From the NCBI GenBank assembly GCA_000004985.1, contig GG738845.1: DNA of 64,000 nt, one strand, 5' to 3'. This DNA is from Naegleria gruberi (lineage: Eukaryota). Positions within the stretch are counted from its first letter, which is position 1, and every line of letters begins with the position of its first letter. Below the pieces are notes generated by a model, which saw nothing but the letters and a program-made list of their open reading frames with translations, ran no database searches and had not been told where the DNA came from. The translations under genes were made by a program, and so were the position numbers. Shown here one piece after another: positions 54,855-64,000 of the stretch.

Positions 54855-56291
54855 TTATTTGACCTCTTTGACCTTTAAACCAAAATTCAAGTGAATATTA
54901 ACTTTGTAAATTCTATGTAAATCGGCCAAGGCATAGGTGTGAATATATTTTAAGGATTGTTGAATGATTTTGAGTTGACTGTTTGTTCTCGCAATTAAGT
55001 CAGCATCAATGATTAAATGTTCACCAGATTTTGACAATTCCAATTTGGTAATATTAATTACAGTTTGATATGGAATTTCCTTATTACATCTTCTATAGAG
55101 CTTCTCTCTAATAATTTCCTTAATAGTGTCCATGGTTGTGATTCCAGGAGTAACTTGATCCTTATCGAAAAACCATTTTCTGTCACGGGTCTTTTCACAC
55201 AAGTATTTGATAACACTTTCCATACCATACCCAGTCTTGGCACTGATAATAAAGGCCTGATTGAAAACCCCTGAACGAACCAATTCAAATCTATATTCTT
55301 CACATCTATCCATTTCAACCATATCAGATTTGTTAATGAGGGCACACAAGTGGAATTGCTTATCTTTCTTTGCATAATTGGCAATTAAATCCAAAATATG
55401 ATCAATTTCTCTCAATGGTTTAGTAACATCAATTAAAAGTAAAACAACATCTGCCAAATCCAATGTTAAGCATGATTCCTCTTGTAATCCTTCAATGGTT
55501 TCTCTGGCAGTTTTATCTGTTTTCAATCTAGAATATTCCATATTCAATATACCTGGTGTATCAAAAAATACAATTTGATTCTCCTCATTATTTAACACAG
55601 CCAATGATCTAGAACGTGTTGTTTGAGTTTTTGGTGAAACTGCCGAAACCTTTCTTGAAACAAATCGATTCAAAATTGTCGATTTACCAGCATTAGGATT
55701 ACCAACAATTGTTACCTTCACTACTTTAGAATTCTTTGGTGAATGTTCAGCTGTACGTTTAAAGATTTTATGTAAATTCTCCAAAGTGAGTTCAATCTTT
55801 TCCTCCTTAGTTAACATATCCTTGAATGAAACTCTTTCCTGAACAGTGTTTTTAGCCTTCTTGTTATTTGTATCTATTTTCGACAGCTCATTGGAAGTTT
55901 GTTGTTCCTCTTGTTCAATAGGCTCATCAACAATATTCAATAATTCCTCACGTTTTTTCAAATCTTTATAATCATTCGGAAATTGTTTTTCAATGAATTG
56001 GTCCACTTTTTCACTAGTAAATAATTGATTAATTTTACTTTTAAATTGATCCTTTGGAATTTGTTGTTTTACTTGATTAATCTTTTGTTCAATTTTCTTA
56101 CGTTTAGATAAAATTGAATAATTGGCAGTGTTGTTATTAGTTGTTAATATTCCTCCTCCGATAATCCTTGATAATAAATTATGACCAGTATTATTATTAA
56201 ATATTGTTCTTCCTCCTATCAAAAAGCCACCTCCTCGTGATGTTGTTGTTGTTGTGGCTGTTGTTGAATAATTTATCAAATGTTTTCTCAT
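54855..56291 (-). CDS. Era-like GTPase with C-terminal KH domain (ERAL1-type, probably mitochondrial), 478 aa.
   Basis: G1 VTIVGNPNAGKSTILNRF, G3 FFDTPGI, G4 NKSD. C-terminal KH-like segment. Lies 105 bp upstream of SerRS on the same strand. Confidence 0.8.
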   Translation of the reverse strand: MRKHLINYSTTATTTTTSRGGGFLIGGRTIFNNNTGHNLLSRIIGGGILTTNNNTANYSILSKRKKIEQKINQVKQQIPKDQFKSKINQLFTSEKVDQFIEKQFPNDYKDLKKREELLNIVDEPIEQEEQQTSNELSKIDTNNKKAKNTVQERVSFKDMLTKEEKIELTLENLHKIFKRTAEHSPKNSKVVKVTIVGNPNAGKSTILNRFVSRKVSAVSPKTQTTRSRSLAVLNNEENQIVFFDTPGILNMEYSRLKTDKTARETIEGLQEESCLTLDLADVVLLLIDVTKPLREIDHILDLIANYAKKDKQFHLCALINKSDMVEMDRCEEYRFELVRSGVFNQAFIISAKTGYGMESVIKYLCEKTRDRKWFFDKDQVTPGITTMDTIKEIIREKLYRRCNKEIPYQTVINITKLELSKSGEHLIIDADLIARTNSQLKIIQQSLKYIHTYALADLHRIYKVNIHLNFGLKVKEVK

Positions 56292-56556
56292 TGTTTTTGC
56301 TTTTTTTCAAAAAAATTAAAATCAAAATTTTTGATGATTTAAAAATGTAAATTCAATCAAAAATTAAAGAACACAGGAAAATATTTTGAAACATGTTAAG
56401 AAAGAGTACTAATTAGAGGATTTTTTATGTAATTTGTAAATGTCCCCTCTCGCCTTGGTATTGTCCTAATGTGGCTTTTACGATTGTGATGTGAGAATCA
56501 GTTTCGAATACAGCAATATAAGAAGGATAAAAAACTATCAAAACATCTCTCAGAAA

Positions 56557-57999
56557 ATGCGTCCATTATTACTTGGCAAACACTCTACCCATTCTAATAG
56601 TGTAGGAACGTTTCAACAACAGGATAATCATCACCAATATATATATCCCAATAATAATAATGGCCTTTCGAATAATAATCAACTAAAATCCAATAGTCCT
56701 AATTCGTCTCATGATAACATGACGCCTCTCCTTTTAAAAAATAGAATGACAGCTCCTAAAGCAATTGATAAAGAAATTAGTAAATGGTCTTGTCAAGATG
56801 TTGGTATTTGGTTAGATTGGATGAAACTATCACACTTGAAACCGATATTTATTCAAAATCAGATAAGTGGAGATGAATTATTGGAATTAACGGATGCTGA
56901 AATAATTAATGATTTGAAAGTTAGGGACGAATATGAACGAAAGTTAATTAAAGAATTAATTGATAATAGGGAAGTTTGGATGAAACGAGGAAGTAAAAAA
57001 CTTTCAAATGATAGTTTGGATTCTTTGGAAGAATATCCGAAACCAATTTCACCCATTAACATGAGTCCACAAGCAGTGAAATATCAAGTTTTGAATCAAA
57101 AACCTATATTTCCCAATACAAAAAGTTCATTAGAATTGGATGAATTTTCAGATTGTGATGATTTGACAAGTGTTGGAGGAATATTTCTTGACAGATCAAC
57201 TATTGCTTCTCAAAAATTGGAAGTATTATTAGAAACTCTCTATAAGGATGTAGGAAATGTAAAATTCAAAGTTTACAGAGGTAGTGATATTTATCTGATA
57301 ACTCAAAAACGTTCTCAACTCTCATTCACCTCACTCAAATTGGAAATTATTGAGAGATATCAATGTGTCAAACCAACAATACTTTACAAGACGAGAGACG
57401 GTGATTTTATTATAATTAATAGGGACGAGGATTTGGCAAGAGTTATTTCTTCCTATCATCAGAATGGAGGCGATGTTTCTCAGCCAATCAAGTTACAAAT
57501 TGAAACTAATGATTTGCCAATTGGATTGATTACTGCAACATCAACAGGTACGAATAGCAACACAAATTCCAATGCCACAAATCAGATGAGCAATAATCAT
57601 CATAGTTTGCATAGTCCTCGGGAGTGGACTTATTCATCAGATCAATCTCAAAGCTCAACCAACAGCCTACCTCCAAATAATCAACTAGCTCAAAAATTAA
57701 TTGAATTGGAATTGGAAAATATTGAGAAAAATAATTCAATAAGAGAACTGGAAATCAGATTACATAATCAACAGGTTGAACATGAAAAGCAAACAACCTA
57801 TTCAAAATCTTTGCAGGACGATATTTCTACTCTCAAAATGCAACTCTATTCCTATAAGAATGGTACAGTGTTTAACCCATCGGGCTCTTTGAGCAAACAG
57901 GAAGAAATTAGTGAATATATCAAATTATGCAAGTCCTTACAATCATCACTCGCAACTGCTCAGAATAAGCTATTCGAATTACTTGGAAATCAATTGTAA
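56557..57999 (+). CDS. SAM-domain plus PB1-domain protein with C-terminal coiled coil (~480 aa).
   Basis: Track ORF starts at 56491 (GTG); first ATG at 56557 (MRPLLLGK). SAM: ISKWSCQDVGIWLDWMKLSHLKPIFIQNQISGDELLELTDAEIINDLKV. PB1-like: KFKVYRGSDIYLITQKRSQLSFTSLKLEIIERYQ...ILYKTRDGDFIIINRDEDLARV. Coiled coil: ELELENIEKNNSIRELEIRLHNQQVEHEKQ. Confidence 0.6.
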   Translation: MRPLLLGKHSTHSNSVGTFQQQDNHHQYIYPNNNNGLSNNNQLKSNSPNSSHDNMTPLLLKNRMTAPKAIDKEISKWSCQDVGIWLDWMKLSHLKPIFIQNQISGDELLELTDAEIINDLKVRDEYERKLIKELIDNREVWMKRGSKKLSNDSLDSLEEYPKPISPINMSPQAVKYQVLNQKPIFPNTKSSLELDEFSDCDDLTSVGGIFLDRSTIASQKLEVLLETLYKDVGNVKFKVYRGSDIYLITQKRSQLSFTSLKLEIIERYQCVKPTILYKTRDGDFIIINRDEDLARVISSYHQNGGDVSQPIKLQIETNDLPIGLITATSTGTNSNTNSNATNQMSNNHHSLHSPREWTYSSDQSQSSTNSLPPNNQLAQKLIELELENIEKNNSIRELEIRLHNQQVEHEKQTTYSKSLQDDISTLKMQLYSYKNGTVFNPSGSLSKQEEISEYIKLCKSLQSSLATAQNKLFELLGNQL

Positions 58000-58017
58000 T
58001 TTATACATTTTGTACAC

Positions 58018-59196
58018 TTAATAACAAATAAATGACTTTTCAGGATCAAAAGCATTTTGAGCACTAATTGCCTTTGGTTGCCACTCATCCTCCACAAAAC
58101 TTCCTTCAACCTTAATTTGCTTTTTTTCTCCTTTTCCATTCTTTGATGCAAAGAGGAAAGATCCAGAACTGTTTGCTGGTGTTTGGTTAAAGTTCTTAGA
58201 TTCATAGGTAGTCCCACCAGGCATCACCCAAGTACCAGTCTTGATTTGACCATTCTCCCAATGTGCTGCCTTATATGTACTATTATTTGAAGCAAAGTAA
58301 TAGTCACCCACTCCATGTTTTTGGTTATTCTTCCATTCTCCATTGTAAATGTCACCATTTGCATAGTACATAATACCCTTTCCGTGCTTTTTACCATCAA
58401 AGAATTGGCCAATATACAGAGAACAATCCTTATACCTCATGATTGATTTATCATTGAGTTCAATTGATGGATGTTCTGTATTTTCAGGCACATGTTTTGG
58501 TTCAAGTACAGTTTGTTTCTTGTCCTTACAATAGGATCCTTCATAGAATGGATAAGGCCCATATTTAAGAACATAAAAAACTCTATTTGGTCCAAGTTTC
58601 TTGAATGGTTCCAATGTTGAAATGTAATCTGAAGCTTCTTGTAACTTCAAGTCATCATTTAATTCCTTAGCAAGTATTTCTTTAACTTTTTCATCTTCCT
58701 TCATTTTGACAATTTCCAAATCAACTGGTGGTATCGATTTTTGGGAGTTGTGTTGAGAGTAGTAAATATAGAGACAATCCTTTCCATGTTTCAAGTTTTG
58801 TTCGTAACCTCCCTTGTATTCATCAAAGTTGGAATAGATTGAACAACCCAATCCTTCTCTTTCATTAAATTCATTTACTCCACCCGAATATAATCCAAGT
58901 CTCAAAACCATTTTAATTCTGTTCTCATCTAATTGTTTTGATTCAACAGTAGATGCAATAAATCCTTCCTTATCAAAATCATCCTCAGCTGGCTCATCTT
59001 CTTTTTCACCATCTTCCTTATCCTTTTCTTTTTGATGGGCCTCCCTAGCACTAATATACAAATCCCAAATCATTTTATCAACTTTTTTAAATCCAGTCTC
59101 TTCATCAACCTCATCATAATTGTATGTTGGGGCTTTTACTTCTTCTTCCTCTTGTTCAGAGTTGTTTTCATCATCGTCATCTACGTCTCTTGGCAT
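58018..59196 (-). CDS. MORN-repeat protein with acidic N-terminus (392 aa).
   Basis: Several MORN units (YIGQFFDGKKHGKGIMYYANGDIYNGEWKNNQKHGVGDYYF; YKGGYEQNLKHGKDCLYIY). N-terminal Asp/Glu-rich region. Confidence 0.6.
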   Translation of the reverse strand: MPRDVDDDDENNSEQEEEEVKAPTYNYDEVDEETGFKKVDKMIWDLYISAREAHQKEKDKEDGEKEDEPAEDDFDKEGFIASTVESKQLDENRIKMVLRLGLYSGGVNEFNEREGLGCSIYSNFDEYKGGYEQNLKHGKDCLYIYYSQHNSQKSIPPVDLEIVKMKEDEKVKEILAKELNDDLKLQEASDYISTLEPFKKLGPNRVFYVLKYGPYPFYEGSYCKDKKQTVLEPKHVPENTEHPSIELNDKSIMRYKDCSLYIGQFFDGKKHGKGIMYYANGDIYNGEWKNNQKHGVGDYYFASNNSTYKAAHWENGQIKTGTWVMPGGTTYESKNFNQTPANSSGSFLFASKNGKGEKKQIKVEGSFVEDEWQPKAISAQNAFDPEKSFICY

Positions 59197-59266
59197 TTTT
59201 TTTGAATAGATGTTGTAAATTTATTTGGCGCCAAACATTTTAAAATCATTTCAGCGCCAAAAAAAA

Positions 59267-62200
59267 ATGAAAAATCATCATCACAATCCTGTTCTCACGC
59301 TCATCAACAAGGAACCTCTATCACTTTCGAATAGTAAATACACACTAACGAAGATATTCACATTTATAAACAAGGGAAGAGAGGAGAGGATCGTAATTCA
59401 AATACCTACGGAATTAAATAACAAGGAATTAGAGCCTCCACAAGTTATTTGGTATTATGGAAGTTCGGATGCTCTCCGAGTACACAGAAAATATAAATTT
59501 AGCAGTCATCAACATCATCCGAATATTCCTATTATTCCAAATGATGTTTGCTTGTGTACTTTCTCATCAAATGAAAAAATGTTGTGTATATTATTGGATA
59601 ATTCAAGGATTGAAATTTATGGCGAGTCTGGAAGATCTTTTATTGTTTCTTTGCCATGTAAAATGAGCAAAATTTGGAGCTTAAATGATGAATATTTATT
59701 AGTGGAACGGAAAATAGTCAACCCAGATCCATCTAGCACTATTCCTATTATTTATTATTTAACACATCCATTGGAAGATTTAAAAGCTCTTGCATCTGTT
59801 GTTGATAATCAATCAAATGATATGGAAGATGATATATTAATGACTGAGCCAATATATGATTACTTGAAAAGTGAAGAGGAAGTCATTGCTTACATATTTT
59901 TGAACTTGTTCATGATTACCTTCAATACTAACACCAAAATATTGTCAATATATTCAATAATGGAAGAAGGTTTTGTTCAAAGAATACCATATGCTGATAA
60001 TAATGATTTCTCAGACTATTTGAAATGCAATTTGGAAACAGTTCAAATTTCAATCTTTCCACAAAATAATTTTGGTACTGAGTATACCCTCTTTTTGATT
60101 AATAACAATAGCCTATTTGCTTTCACCATCTTCAGAAATGATCTAGAAGAGGCATTCATTCTTAAACCAAAATTTTTCAAAGAAGGTGTTGTATCCATTT
60201 CTGAATTTAACTACCCTCTAGCAAATGAAACACTTTTTAATGGAAATATAGAGGGATTCTTACATTTGATGATCTTGGCAGAAAATTCCAATTACTCTTT
60301 AATATTAGTTTTGGATGGTGAGTTCATCATGTGGGAACAAGCCCTTGACAGTCAATATTCAAAGATTGAACATCTTGTGGACAATAGACTCTCCCTTAAA
60401 ACAGCCGACTACTCTCTAAGATATAGACTTGATATTTGCCCTAATTCGAAACTAGTACAAGATTGTCTCTCAGTCTTTCAATCAGTCCTAACAAAGGACT
60501 TATTTTCGAGTATTTTCTACGACTTTCAAACATCTAGGATTGGAAATGCTAATGACTGGGATATTTTCATTAACCTGTTAAATTATTTAACATTTGGAGT
60601 TGAACCAAATAGTCCCACCACTCAGGAATCTGATCCATGGAAATTAATGGAACTTATCCATACAAAAAATAGTGCCACATCAAGTCAAATATTCAATACA
60701 TCCAAACTGAGAACAAACAAACAGGTACTTATCCAAAACTTGCCTTTGATTCTGATTTCAATACACTTACTCTACGAAAATTACAAATTACACACCTCAG
60801 AGTGGAACAATGTAGAAACTCTTGTCAGATACCTTTTCAATCTTTCAAACAAATTGAAATGGAAAGCATTTAGTGAAGTTTACCAAAGGGACTTTAATTA
60901 CACCTTGACTTTGACAGTGCCATCTAATCCAGTTGACATTGAGTTCCCGGTTGTTGAAAAGATTAAATTCCTCAACAATTACTACACAACTGGTATAATT
61001 GCACCAACCATTTTAGGATGGATTGAAGAAATATTTATCAATAAGAGTTTAAATGTTGATCTAATGTATCCTTCAATCACTAATTGCTCGGCAACAAGTC
61101 TTTCAAGAAAGATTTGCAGGTTTTTCTCTTTACTTGTTACCAATAAGGAAGATCTTTACAATGTTGAGAGCAATAATAACAGTGTTTCAATGGATATCAA
61201 CGGTTTACAAACAGGGCTACTTGATTTACCTCCACACGAACGTGTAGCAATAGCTTTATTACAAGAGGGCTTCTCTAGTGTTGATGGATTGAGTTTTTTA
61301 CCATTTAGTGTCTCACTTCCAATAAGAGAGGCTTTAGTACAATGTAGAAACAGCATTCAACCTGTAACCAGAACCCCTGAATACTGTAAGCTCATAGAAA
61401 GAGAGGATTTGGCTGTCAATAATCAAGCCCAATCTGAATCCGAAGTTCTACTGGATGGAAATCAAATCGTTTCAGAATTTACAAAAACGCTGGGAACAGG
61501 AGTCCCTTCTATTGCCAGTAATCAAGATTCTGAGGATGATATAGGTCATATGATTTGGAGTGAAGATAGGAGACTTGAGCAAGTGAGTAAAATGCTAGAT
61601 AGTAGTATACCTACTCAGATTCAAAAGCATACACTTCAACTTAGCGAGGATGATTTGGATGGTTTTGATCCTAACGATGCACCAGAATTACAACGTAAAA
61701 TCCTACTCAACATGAAGCAACAAGTTCTTTCATTCTGTATTGGAAGAGGAATGCTTTCCATTGCCAGCAAGAAGAATAATAATTCAGGATCTGTTTCTAA
61801 TGATACCACGAGTAATATTTTGACAATACCTCCAATAGTTTTATCATCCAAACTTAAAAGAAATAGAGCTATTATGACCATAGATGTATCAAAAATAGTA
61901 CCAGAAAATGAAATTTCTGCCTCGTGCAGCACTCAATGGGCTGAATTCCATAATGGGGTGGCCTCTGGATTAACAATTGGAAGAGACTCTAAAATAACGA
62001 AAGAGTGGATAATGTTCCACAAGCCAAACAAGAGGGCTGGACAGTTTATGAACAAGACTTCAAACGATAGTGTCTCTCATGCTGGCCTCTTATTAGCCTT
62101 AGGTCTACAAGGTCATTTGACATGTCTTGGACCAACTGATATTTATGGCTATCTTCAACAGAGACACGAAGCAACCACTATTGGAATTTTACTAGGATTA

Positions 62201-64000
62201 TCATGCTCATATATTGGAACACAAGACCAATATATTACAAGATCACTTTCACTCTATGTTCCTTCCCTTGTTGTTGGAATGAGCGATATGGAAATGCCAA
62301 TGGAAGTAAGTGGTGCTGCACTTGTTGGCATTGGTTTATTATATATGGGAAGTGGTCATAGATTTATGACTGAAGTACTATTGGGCGAATTGGCAAGACC
62401 ACCAAACGATAATTCCACCAATTCAAGAGAAAGTTATTCACTTTCAGCAGGTTTTGCACTTGGATATGTCCACTTGGCCAAGGGTGCCAATGGAAGCAGT
62501 CATGAACTCAAAATGGATCAAAGACTTCTTTCCTACATGACTGGAGGAAGTAAACGACCAGAGTTTGACACATTTGCAATGATGGCATCCAAATCAAAGT
62601 CTCAAATGATACAAAAAGGAGGAAAAGGTCAAAATACTAGTGAGTTTGTTAACACCTCTTGTTCAAGAATTAAGGAAAATGAAAAGTTTGTCAATGTGGA
62701 TGTGACTGGACAAGGTGCTTGTATTGCTTTAACTTTGAAATACTTGAAAACACACGACCTTACAATTGCCTCTGAAATGAAAGTTCCAGACACCAAATAC
62801 ATGTTGGACTATGTCAGACCAGATATGATCATTTTGAGAATCGTTGGATCGTCTCTAATTATGTGGGATCATATTAAGAATACTGATGAATGGATCAAAT
62901 CCAAACTTCCAGGTGTACTGAATAATACTGCACCAATATCTATTGTTGAGAGCAGTGAACTCTCAAAGATATATGCCTATTCTGTTAGTGGATGTTGTAT
63001 GGCAATTGGATTGAAATATGCTGGATCCCACGACACGAAAGCATACAATCTCTTACTTGGACTGTTACAACAAGTCATCAAATCAAAACTCAAAATATTC
63101 TTGAATAATGAACAAATGCAAATACCATACTCTGTCAATCTAGACAAATACACAACTGATAGAGCTACAACTGTTATTCTATTGAGTATTTGTTGTGTGA
63201 TGGCTGGCAGTGGTAACATTGAAGTTATACGTATCATCAAATCATTAAGACAGAAATATGTAGCATCACCAGCTACTCAACAGGGAGGATATGGCATACA
63301 TATGGCTTTGTCTATGTCTTTGGGTTTACTCTTCTTGGGAGGTGGACGTTGTTCACTGAGTACAAATGATAGATCTATTGCTGCTCTTCTTTGTTCTATT
63401 TACCCAATTTTCCCTCAAACTACAACTGACAATAGATACCATTCACAAGCCCTTAGACACATGTATATTCTTTCCACAGAAAATAGACTTATAGAAACTG
63501 TCGATATTGACACCAAAGAAAGATGTCACGTACCAATTCAAATAGAAACTACTCATGGCGATGTTCTACACAAACTTTCTCCTTGTTTGATTCCAGAGGC
63601 TCATCTTCTTAAAAAGATTACAACCATGAATGAGAGGTACTATCCTCTAACTATTAGTGAATTCCCACTTAAGAGCCATATTATTAATGTAAAGAAGAAA
63701 TCAGGATATTTGACTTACAAGGATGATCCTAAAGGAATAAGATCAACTGTACATTCTAACTTTATATCAAACCTGGTTGATCAAGATCCTGAATCTCTTG
63801 TTAAATTATTCGAAAAAATGTCCTATCACACTCATATTGGACCATATGTGAAATATAGAATCTTTACTCAGAATAACATCTCATCGGATGATAGAAATAT
63901 TGCCAACGCCATCAATTCCCTCTCACTTAATGAGCATACCTATGGAAATGTTGCCCTCATGCTCTATCACGCTCTAACTGAGTCGCTGACAAATGATTGC
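59267..64000 (+). CDS. ANAPC1: Anaphase-promoting complex subunit 1 (APC1), N-terminal ~1578 aa; continues beyond the window end.
   Basis: Open frame from the ATG at ~59267 to the window end; it is absent from the track because no stop occurs in the window. Multiple PC (proteasome/cyclosome) repeats: GLLLALGLQGHL, GILLGLSCSYIGTQD, GAALVGIGLLYMGSG, LSAGFALGYVHLAKG, GACIALTLKYL, GCCMAIGLKYAGSHD, LLSICCVMAGSGN, MALSMSLGLLFLGGGR. Confidence 0.8.
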   Translation, partial: MKNHHHNPVLTLINKEPLSLSNSKYTLTKIFTFINKGREERIVIQIPTELNNKELEPPQVIWYYGSSDALRVHRKYKFSSHQHHPNIPIIPNDVCLCTFSSNEKMLCILLDNSRIEIYGESGRSFIVSLPCKMSKIWSLNDEYLLVERKIVNPDPSSTIPIIYYLTHPLEDLKALASVVDNQSNDMEDDILMTEPIYDYLKSEEEVIAYIFLNLFMITFNTNTKILSIYSIMEEGFVQRIPYADNNDFSDYLKCNLETVQISIFPQNNFGTEYTLFLINNNSLFAFTIFRNDLEEAFILKPKFFKEGVVSISEFNYPLANETLFNGNIEGFLHLMILAENSNYSLILVLDGEFIMWEQALDSQYSKIEHLVDNRLSLKTADYSLRYRLDICPNSKLVQDCLSVFQSVLTKDLFSSIFYDFQTSRIGNANDWDIFINLLNYLTFGVEPNSPTTQESDPWKLMELIHTKNSATSSQIFNTSKLRTNKQVLIQNLPLILISIHLLYENYKLHTSEWNNVETLVRYLFNLSNKLKWKAFSEVYQRDFNYTLTLTVPSNPVDIEFPVVEKIKFLNNYYTTGIIAPTILGWIEEIFINKSLNVDLMYPSITNCSATSLSRKICRFFSLLVTNKEDLYNVESNNNSVSMDINGLQTGLLDLPPHERVAIALLQEGFSSVDGLSFLPFSVSLPIREALVQCRNSIQPVTRTPEYCKLIEREDLAVNNQAQSESEVLLDGNQIVSEFTKTLGTGVPSIASNQDSEDDIGHMIWSEDRRLEQVSKMLDSSIPTQIQKHTLQLSEDDLDGFDPNDAPELQRKILLNMKQQVLSFCIGRGMLSIASKKNNNSGSVSNDTTSNILTIPPIVLSSKLKRNRAIMTIDVSKIVPENEISASCSTQWAEFHNGVASGLTIGRDSKITKEWIMFHKPNKRAGQFMNKTSNDSVSHAGLLLALGLQGHLTCLGPTDIYGYLQQRHEATTIGILLGLSCSYIGTQDQYITRSLSLYVPSLVVGMSDMEMPMEVSGAALVGIGLLYMGSGHRFMTEVLLGELARPPNDNSTNSRESYSLSAGFALGYVHLAKGANGSSHELKMDQRLLSYMTGGSKRPEFDTFAMMASKSKSQMIQKGGKGQNTSEFVNTSCSRIKENEKFVNVDVTGQGACIALTLKYLKTHDLTIASEMKVPDTKYMLDYVRPDMIILRIVGSSLIMWDHIKNTDEWIKSKLPGVLNNTAPISIVESSELSKIYAYSVSGCCMAIGLKYAGSHDTKAYNLLLGLLQQVIKSKLKIFLNNEQMQIPYSVNLDKYTTDRATTVILLSICCVMAGSGNIEVIRIIKSLRQKYVASPATQQGGYGIHMALSMSLGLLFLGGGRCSLSTNDRSIAALLCSIYPIFPQTTTDNRYHSQALRHMYILSTENRLIETVDIDTKERCHVPIQIETTHGDVLHKLSPCLIPEAHLLKKITTMNERYYPLTISEFPLKSHIINVKKKSGYLTYKDDPKGIRSTVHSNFISNLVDQDPESLVKLFEKMSYHTHIGPYVKYRIFTQNNISSDDRNIANAINSLSLNEHTYGNVALMLYHALTESLTNDC

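Noticed and set aside
59457-59666. 69-aa plus-strand ORF at the start of the APC1 region.
   Set aside because: It is out of frame with the continuous APC1 reading frame that begins at ~59267 and carries the PC repeats.
1-64000. Search for CRISPR arrays, prokaryotic defence or biosynthetic operons, and transposons (reverse transcriptase, integrase, transposase, LTRs, tRNA-targeted retroelements).
   Set aside because: No direct-repeat/spacer arrays and no RT, integrase or transposase-like reading frames were found in the window. The tRNA-Leu locus carries no inserted element, only a 14-nt duplication of the tRNA 3' end. Spliceosomal introns and an intron-containing tRNA show the window is eukaryotic.

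Overview
This 64-kb window is a gene-dense, AT-rich (~65% AT) eukaryotic nuclear segment. I can support about 36 protein-coding genes on both strands, one intron-containing tRNA-Leu(AAG), and no rRNA, CRISPR, transposon or prokaryotic-type defence or biosynthetic operon. Roughly a third of the genes carry 1-3 short spliceosomal introns of 42-170 nt. The usual intron form is GTAAGT/GTATGT ... (A/T)-rich ... aaatag/atgtag; cyclin K uses GTAGGT and PRP31 GTAGTA. The rest are intronless. N/Q-rich low-complexity proteins, Dictyostelium-like intron ends and the mix of protein families suggest an amoebozoan, dictyostelid-like protist, but I cannot confirm the species. Many leading 'M' residues in the supplied ORF track are TTG/GTG/ATT alternative starts, so I re-derived true N-termini and exon structures by hand; exon and intron coordinates are approximate (about +/-2 nt) and are stated in the evidence text. 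Recognisable housekeeping genes:
- PRP31
- SRP14
- cyclin K
- U2 snRNP A' (U2A')
- a cwf18/CCDC12-like protein
- an RsuA-type pseudouridine synthase
- mitochondrial SerRS
- an Era-like GTPase
- ERI1 exonuclease
- a GT22 (PIG/ALG-type) mannosyltransferase
- APC1, truncated at the 3' window edge
- a BROX-like BRO1 protein
- an importin-alpha-like ARM protein
- a villin-headpiece protein
- an ankyrin-repeat protein
- two MORN-repeat proteins
The accessory-looking content is as follows:
- A microbial-type class I terpene synthase (18951-20120) lies beside a decayed NAD(P)-reductase pseudogene and an adhesin-like gene whose reading frame is interrupted.
- A giant teneurin-like NHL-EGF receptor kinase, truncated at the 5' window edge, is divergently paired with a small secreted EGF plus fibrinogen-like protein.
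- A 7TM-RGS protein with an AtRGS1-like architecture.
- A 1160-aa F-box/LRR protein with a MATH-like domain.
- An APH-family phosphotransferase.
I found no single, clearly novel multi-gene system. The candidates worth follow-up are in the findings with their uncertainty stated.
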